Assembly: GCA_031362565.1 (NCBI GenBank)
Contig: JANLSU010000078.1
Span: 1-64,000 of the forward strand
Reading direction: 5' to 3'
From: a bacterium
GTDB lineage: Bacteria; Krumholzibacteriota; Krumholzibacteriia; G020349025
DNA length: 64,000 nucleotides
Below the pieces are notes generated by a model. The model had not been told where the DNA came from. It worked only from the letters and a program-made list of their open reading frames with translations, and did not search any database. The position numbers were made by a program, and so were the translations under genes. The first letter of the stretch is position 1; each line of letters begins with the position of its first letter. Positions 58,419-64,000 of this stretch are shown in pieces.

Positions 58419-59015
58419 TCACTGAAGGACGAACCGCACGAAGTAGATCGCGCCCACTTCTTCTTCCGGAAGCAACCGGTCGACCTCGGCTTGGATTTCC
58501 TTGCGGATCGTCTCGCGCTGCGAAACGTCGGCGAGTTCTTCGACGGTCTTCGAACTCAAGATTTGAATCAGTGCATCCTTGATGGGTGCGTCCTTGGTCT
58601 TCATGTCGTCGAGAAACGTCGGCAGCCCGGACTGCAGACCAACGCTGGCGGCGAGATAGCGGGTACCGCCGCAGCCGGCGGGATTCACCACCAGGTCTTC
58701 GATGAGGTAGACGCTGCCGGCAACGGTGCCGCCGGATTCGCTTTCGCCATGGCCCCCGCCGTGTTCCTGACTCTTTTTCTTGCCACCCTTGTGCGCTTCG
58801 CCGCCGGCGGACGCCGGCGTAAAGGCGCCGCGCTGCCCCGACGGCGGAACACTGGCCATCCCCGGCACCACGACGCGCTCCACCAGCGCCGCCGCACCCA
58901 GCGCCGTACCGACGTACAACGCGATGACCAGCGGCAACATCTTGTTGCTCTTGGCCGGTGGCGCGGCGATCGCTGCCGCGTCCCCAGAGCCTGCTGCCGG
59001 TGCTTGATCGGCCAC
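58419..59015 (-). CDS. fliL: Basal-body protein FliL
   Basis: TM helix, VVNPAG..RYL, IKDALIQILSSK, IYF..FVLQ. Confidence 0.9.
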   Translation of the reverse strand: MADQAPAAGSGDAAAIAAPPAKSNKMLPLVIALYVGTALGAAALVERVVVPGMASVPPSGQRGAFTPASAGGEAHKGGKKKSQEHGGGHGESESGGTVAGSVYLIEDLVVNPAGCGGTRYLAASVGLQSGLPTFLDDMKTKDAPIKDALIQILSSKTVEELADVSQRETIRKEIQAEVDRLLPEEEVGAIYFVRFVLQ

Positions 59016-59065
59016 GTTGCATCACCTCCGAAACCGATGGCGGCGGCGCGGTTGCCGCCGCTTCG

Positions 59066-60991
59066 TCACTGCTTCAGGTTGATCAAATCACTCATGATCT
59101 GATCGCTGGTCGTGATGACGCGAGCGTTGGCTTGGAATCCACGCTGCGCGACGATCATCGACACGAATTCTTCGGACAGGTCGACGTTCGATGCTTCGAG
59201 CGATCCGGATTCGATCGAGGCGGGAATCGTCGACCCGGCGGCACCGACGATCGGGTCACTGGTATTGAGCGAGTTCTGGTACAGGCTGCCCGACACCCGC
59301 TCCAGGCCGTCGGCGTTGTTGAAGCGCGCCAGCACCACTTGGCCGAGCGTGCGCAGCACGCCGTTCGTGAAGTGGCCGGCGATCACTCCGGTCGCGTCGA
59401 TCGACAGCGAGCTCAAGGAGCCGGTCGCCGACCCGTCTTGGGCGTTGGCGCGAGCCGTGAACGCCCCGGAGAGTTGCGTCAGCCCGTCGAACGCCGACGC
59501 CGTTCCGGCGTCGAACTTGAGAGTCATCGGTTCCGCACCCGGATCGGGGCTCAAGGCCAGCGCATCCGACCCGCCGTCGTACATCCACGACTGCATGGAA
59601 CCATCGGTGTTGAACTGCACACTGCCGGAACTACCGGACGTCACCGTCTCGCCGCCGTCGAAGCCGGCCTTCCAAGACCAAAGACCCGGAGTCGCGGTGC
59701 GCGTGAATGTCATGTTCAGCGTGTGCGAGGTGCCGAGCGAGTCATAGACGAGGGTCGACGACTTGTGTTCGGTGGCCGCGGTGTCGATGGTCGCGATACC
59801 TGCCGCGAGCCCGCTCGCCGAGGTGACTTCGACGTCGCCACCGCCCAGTTTCTCGAGGCCGTCCGCGACACCCGTCGTCTCGTTGAAGTGGATGGTGAGC
59901 GCCACCGGCGACGCCGCCTGGCCGCCCGTCGGCGTGAACACATCGGTCGCCTGTAGGGTGCTGGCGGTGCCGTTGTTGGCCTGGAAGCTGGCGCCCACGC
60001 CGGCGCCGAACAGTTGGCGCGAGATGTTGCCGGCGACGCCGTTCGACGTGACGATGTTGTTCACGGCGCCATCACCGTGCATGTCACGCGACAGCTGCAC
60101 TTCACCATTGACGATCGAGGCCGTCACACCCTTGACGATGCTGTTGATGCTCGATATGAGATCCGCGACGGTTGACTGCCCGGTGAGTCCAGTGACCGAC
60201 ACCGGTGTCCCGCCGTCGATCGTGAGACTGAAATCGGCGGCATTCGTGACCCCGAGCGAGGCCAAGGTTTCGACGCCCGTGAGCCCGCCTGGCACCAGCA
60301 GGTTACTGCCAGCCGCCGTGCTCGAGGTGGCGCCTGTCCCGGTGATCGTCACTGCATGCTGGCCGCCGGCGCCGTCTTTCGCCTTCCCAGAGGTGCGGGT
60401 GATCCCGGTCGTGCCGGCCGAGTTCATCGTCGCAATGCTGTCGGTCGCGCTCGCATTGAGATTCGCCTTCAACCCAACGGTGGTCGAGGCGGTGCCGGGA
60501 ATGCTCAGATCGAGCGGCAGGTGCAAGCCTTCGAGCGGCGCGCCGGTCGGAATTGCGCCCTGGCTGTCGGCGAGCCATCCCTGGACGACATGGCCCGAGC
60601 CGCGGTTCACGAGGCTGCCGTCCTTGTCGAACGTGAACGTGCCGGCGCGCGTGTAGAACTTGTCGTTGCCGTTCGCCAGAACGAAGTAGCCATCGCCGCT
60701 CACCGCCATGTCGGTAAGAATGCCCGTACTCTGCATCACGCCCTGAGTGCGGTCGGTGTCGACGCTCGCCACTTCCATCCCGAGTCCGAGCTGAATTGCG
60801 TTCTGTCCACCCAGGTTGCCGGAGGGCGCCGAGGCGCCGCGCAGCGTTTGCACGAGCGCTTCACGGAACGTCGTCCGGTTCGACTTGTAGCCGGGTGTGT
60901 TCGAGTTCGCGATGTTGTTACCGATCACGTCCATGCTGAACAGGTGGCCTTTGAGGCCGGAGATCGCGCTGTACAACGCTCCGAGAGCCAT
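59066..60991 (-). CDS. flgE: Flagellar hook protein FlgE (641 aa)
   Basis: GNNIANSNTPGYK, YTRAG, VYDSLG, LEASNVDL, QRGFQAN. Confidence 0.95.
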   Translation of the reverse strand: MALGALYSAISGLKGHLFSMDVIGNNIANSNTPGYKSNRTTFREALVQTLRGASAPSGNLGGQNAIQLGLGMEVASVDTDRTQGVMQSTGILTDMAVSGDGYFVLANGNDKFYTRAGTFTFDKDGSLVNRGSGHVVQGWLADSQGAIPTGAPLEGLHLPLDLSIPGTASTTVGLKANLNASATDSIATMNSAGTTGITRTSGKAKDGAGGQHAVTITGTGATSSTAAGSNLLVPGGLTGVETLASLGVTNAADFSLTIDGGTPVSVTGLTGQSTVADLISSINSIVKGVTASIVNGEVQLSRDMHGDGAVNNIVTSNGVAGNISRQLFGAGVGASFQANNGTASTLQATDVFTPTGGQAASPVALTIHFNETTGVADGLEKLGGGDVEVTSASGLAAGIATIDTAATEHKSSTLVYDSLGTSHTLNMTFTRTATPGLWSWKAGFDGGETVTSGSSGSVQFNTDGSMQSWMYDGGSDALALSPDPGAEPMTLKFDAGTASAFDGLTQLSGAFTARANAQDGSATGSLSSLSIDATGVIAGHFTNGVLRTLGQVVLARFNNADGLERVSGSLYQNSLNTSDPIVGAAGSTIPASIESGSLEASNVDLSEEFVSMIVAQRGFQANARVITTSDQIMSDLINLKQ

Positions 60992-61081
60992 GGGTGAAAC
61001 TCCTTTTTTGTCGTACGCCCGTTCGGACCCCGAACGGGTTTCCTGTCGATCGTTCGCCGGCCGTGGCGCGGCGCAGCACAG

Positions 61082-61840
61082 TCACTGTTCGTGGCCGAAA
61101 ATCCCCAGCCGCAGTGCGGCATGTACAAGGCCGGCTTCGGTATGCACGTCCAGCTTGCGCATGATGTGCGCGCGGTGCGTGTGGACCGTCCGGGTGGCGA
61201 TGTTCAGTTGGGCGCCGATATCGCGCGACCCTTTGCCGCTCGCGACCAAGCGCAGAACTTCGCGTTCACGGTTCGTCAACGGCCGGCGATGCGGCGCGCC
61301 GCCGCGTTCGACGTAGTCGCGCACCACGACCCGCGACGTCCCCGCCGACAAGTGGAAGCGTCCCGCGTGGACGGCGCGGACGACCGCCGGCAACTCGTCG
61401 ACGTTCTCGTCCTTCAAGAAGTAGCCGGCAGCGCCGTGTTCGAAGGCGGTGCGCACGGCGTCTTCGGACCGGCGCTGTGAAAGCACAACGGTGCGCGTGC
61501 CGGGACAGGCGCGGCTCACCTCATCTAAGACGTCGAGGCCGCCGCAGCCTGGAATCGCCAGGTCGAGAACGATGACATGCGGCTGCGTGCGCAGCGCCAG
61601 CGACAGCGCCTGCGCGCTGTCATGTGCCTCGCCGACGATTTCGAAGTCGGGGACGCGCGACAGCACGAAGCGAAGGCCGGCGAGAACCAGCGTGGTCCCA
61701 TCGGCCAGCAGCACGCGGATCGGCGTCGTCGCCGCGGCGCGCGCCGGCTGAACCTCGGACTCGGTCCAGAGCCATGGCCCGAATTCGCGTCCCGCCGCTG
61801 GAGACTCCCGTGCTGGTTCGTATGCGAGTGGCGTTTTCAT
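61082..61840 (-). CDS. NarL/LuxR family response regulator (start uncertain)
   Basis: REC domain (VLDLAIP, GYFLK) plus LTNRE..TVHTHRAHIMRKL. Confidence 0.88.
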   Translation of the reverse strand: MKTPLAYEPARESPAAGREFGPWLWTESEVQPARAAATTPIRVLLADGTTLVLAGLRFVLSRVPDFEIVGEAHDSAQALSLALRTQPHVIVLDLAIPGCGGLDVLDEVSRACPGTRTVVLSQRRSEDAVRTAFEHGAAGYFLKDENVDELPAVVRAVHAGRFHLSAGTSRVVVRDYVERGGAPHRRPLTNREREVLRLVASGKGSRDIGAQLNIATRTVHTHRAHIMRKLDVHTEAGLVHAALRLGIFGHEQ

Positions 61841-62440
61841 TCTGGGACGGCATTCAGCAAGGTCTCTGCCACGCGAGTGATTCTCATCGTGTGATAGGGG
61901 TTCCGACTTGAGCACTATCGTGATCCGACGTATGCGACGTACGACTGGCCGTGCTGCGCGTTGTTGCGACTGCTCGATTCGGAGGCGCGCGGGCGGGCTT
62001 TCGATCGTTCCGGCGCTCAGTCTCCGCCACCATCATTTGCAGGACGTGATCGAACGCAGTCCAATTGGATGAACCACAGGCGGGTGTTCAGAGGATGTCT
62101 GGATGAGTGATTTGAACTACGGGGGGGCACGTGGTTCCGGGGCGCGGCGCCGCCGGACCGACCTGGATCGCGCATTTCTACGCCACTCAGCCTCTAGAAT
62201 CCGGCGAAATCGTAGTTTAGCGTAGTTCTTCTGAATGATACGCCGCTTGGCCGTTCGCCCGATACCGACCCCCCGTACACACGATTCCGAGGGCCGTCAC
62301 CGTCCTGTCCCGTTTTATGCGTCCTCTATTTGACAACTCGCGGGGATGAGGTATATGCATCCCGTCAATCGCCCCTCGCGGGATGTGTGCGGGCAGACCG
62401 GAACTGCCCAGGACCGGGAACTCGGATGGAGGGGTTCGCA

Positions 62441-63172
62441 GTGCCTTATCAGTCGACCGTGAAGGTGGAATCGCCTGGTTCCGCGCGTGTCGAGCACGAG
62501 ATCGTGACGCCGGCGCCATTTGGATCTCCGTGCCCGCCAGTTCGTGTGCTTGTCGTAGACCGCCCCGGGTGGGTGTATTTCGGTTCCGCAGCAGTGGCGA
62601 GTGACAACGCCTCTCTCGAGGTCGTGGGCCGGGCGCTCGATGCGTCCGACGCGGCTCGCTTGGCGTTGCAAACCCGGCCGGACGTGCTCGTGGTCAACTT
62701 GCCGTCCGATCCGCGCCGTGCCATCGATACCATTCAGGAACTGAAGCGTACCCTTCCCGACACCCGGATGGTCGCCTTTGCGTCGATCGGCAGCGGGCCG
62801 TTCGTACGCGAAGCGTTCGAGGCCGGCGTCGCCGCGCTGCTTTTCCGCGACGACGATCCGGCGATGCTGGCAGAGGTCATCCGCACCGTGCGGAGCGGGA
62901 AGTTCGTGGCGCCGTTCGTGTCGGAGATCTTGCGCGACGACGCGGCCCGCGCTGTCGAGCAGGAGTCGTTCGTGAATGTTCTGACCCGCCGGGAGTGGAG
63001 CGTTCTGAAACTGATCGCCGAAGGCCTCAACTCGCGCCAGATGGCGGGCGGCCTCGGTATCAAGCTCACCACCGTGCACGCGCACCGGGCCAACATCATG
63101 AAGAAGCTGAACATCCACAAGGCGGTTCAGCTCTCGCAGTACTACTTCCGGTACGTGGCGTACGTTCGCTGA
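62441..63172 (+). CDS. NarL/LuxR family regulator with pseudo-receiver domain
   Basis: GGAGG RBS before GTG 62441. REC-like domain and LTRRE..TVHAHRANIMKKL. Confidence 0.85.
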   Translation: MPYQSTVKVESPGSARVEHEIVTPAPFGSPCPPVRVLVVDRPGWVYFGSAAVASDNASLEVVGRALDASDAARLALQTRPDVLVVNLPSDPRRAIDTIQELKRTLPDTRMVAFASIGSGPFVREAFEAGVAALLFRDDDPAMLAEVIRTVRSGKFVAPFVSEILRDDAARAVEQESFVNVLTRREWSVLKLIAEGLNSRQMAGGLGIKLTTVHAHRANIMKKLNIHKAVQLSQYYFRYVAYVR

Positions 63173-63240
63173 CGCCGGCGGTGGCTCGGAGGGGCGGCGC
63201 GCCAACGAGGTCGCGCGCCGGAAGCCCAAGCCCGCCCGGT

Positions 63241-63299
63241 ACAGACCGCCAGACGAGTCCGCGAGCCGAGTTGCTCGCCGGCTTGTACTGGCGGTCCGT
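63241..63299. terminator. Long imperfect hairpin between the convergent LuxR gene and flgD
   Basis: gaccgccag...gcgagc-cgagtt-gctcgc...ctggcggtc. Confidence 0.55.
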
Positions 63300-63303
63300 G
63301 CTT

Positions 63304-63987
63304 TCAGGGCAGGATTTCGTCGATGTCGCTCAAGCTGACTTCGGTCGCACCGAGAAGCACGCGGGCGGTCCCGTCCTTGTAGCGAATGCCGCTCACTCGC
63401 GCCACCAACAGTCCATGCGACTCGATTGTCGAACCGTCGGCACGCGTCGCCGCGACCTTGAACGTATAGTGTCCTGACGCGGCCTGCACGCCGCTGTCGT
63501 CTTTTCCGTCCCATTCGAGGCCGTGCGCACCGGTGGAGCCGGCATCTGCGCCGTTCGCCTCGATCGTGCGGACCAGTTTCCCGGCGTCGTTGTAGACCGA
63601 GACCGTGACCTTGGTCGCATCACCGTCCAACCGGTAACCGAGCGGCGCCGGCTGGCCGGACTGGAGGTCGAACGAGTCCGCCACGACATGCACCTGCTTG
63701 CCGATGAGGCCGGTCGACATCGTGTTACTGAGCAACTGGCCGAGCGCCAGGTTGACGTCGAGGTTCTGTTGCAAGGCCGTGCTCATGTTCTGCAGTTGCT
63801 CGAGAGAACTGAACTGCGCCAGTTGGGCGATCATATTCTCGTTCTTCATCGGTTCGAGCGGATCCTGCAGCTTCATCTGGGTCACGAGCAGGTTCAAGAA
63901 CGCATCGCGGCCCAACGCTGAACCGGGCGCCGGTGTCGTACCGGCGTTCTGCTGAGTCGAAGAATTCATGATCGATTGCACAGCCAT
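63304..63987 (-). CDS. flgD: Hook capping protein FlgD
   Basis: FLNLLVTQMKLQDPLEP, AQLAQFSSLEQ, FlgD-Ig domain. GGGAG RBS. Confidence 0.95.
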   Translation of the reverse strand: MAVQSIMNSSTQQNAGTTPAPGSALGRDAFLNLLVTQMKLQDPLEPMKNENMIAQLAQFSSLEQLQNMSTALQQNLDVNLALGQLLSNTMSTGLIGKQVHVVADSFDLQSGQPAPLGYRLDGDATKVTVSVYNDAGKLVRTIEANGADAGSTGAHGLEWDGKDDSGVQAASGHYTFKVAATRADGSTIESHGLLVARVSGIRYKDGTARVLLGATEVSLSDIDEILP

Positions 63988-64000
63988 GTCCGAACTCCCT

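Noticed and set aside
60995..61060. c-di-GMP riboswitch upstream of flgE
   Set aside because: Only a single hairpin (cccgttcgg/ccgaacggg); the GEMM tetraloop/receptor and second stem are not evident.

Overview
High-GC bacterial chromosomal window. Secreted proteins with FlgD-Ig/T9SS-like C-terminal domains and a C-terminal WSxMKxLYR tail point to an FCB-associated candidate lineage such as Krumholzibacteriota/Eisenbacteria/Latescibacterota (inference). The left half (1-31.6 kb) holds an ATP-grasp/GCS2/N-formylglutamate amidohydrolase operon, secreted proteins, a class II photolyase, fbaB, a cold-shock gene, rsgA, mdh, glycosyltransferases and signalling genes. The right half (31.8-64 kb) is a minus-strand flagellar cluster running from flgD to motB. 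Main signals that the ORF track misses: (1) two tandem 63-nt genes encoding the identical 20-aa peptide MKKLTVTKLEKRLAPRYVPF, differing only at synonymous sites, each with a strong Shine-Dalgarno, framed by a sigma54-type promoter and a terminator (candidate RiPP/pheromone precursor); (2) a GspE/PilB-type ATPase plus a double-domain KaiC-like ATPase directly upstream of flagellin; (3) a ~3.1 kb islet bounded by a perfect 74-bp direct repeat; (4) a promoter-driven, long-stem ncRNA candidate of 6S RNA size; (5) two divergent LuxR regulators separating flgD from flgE. All calls are by eye; no database searches were run.
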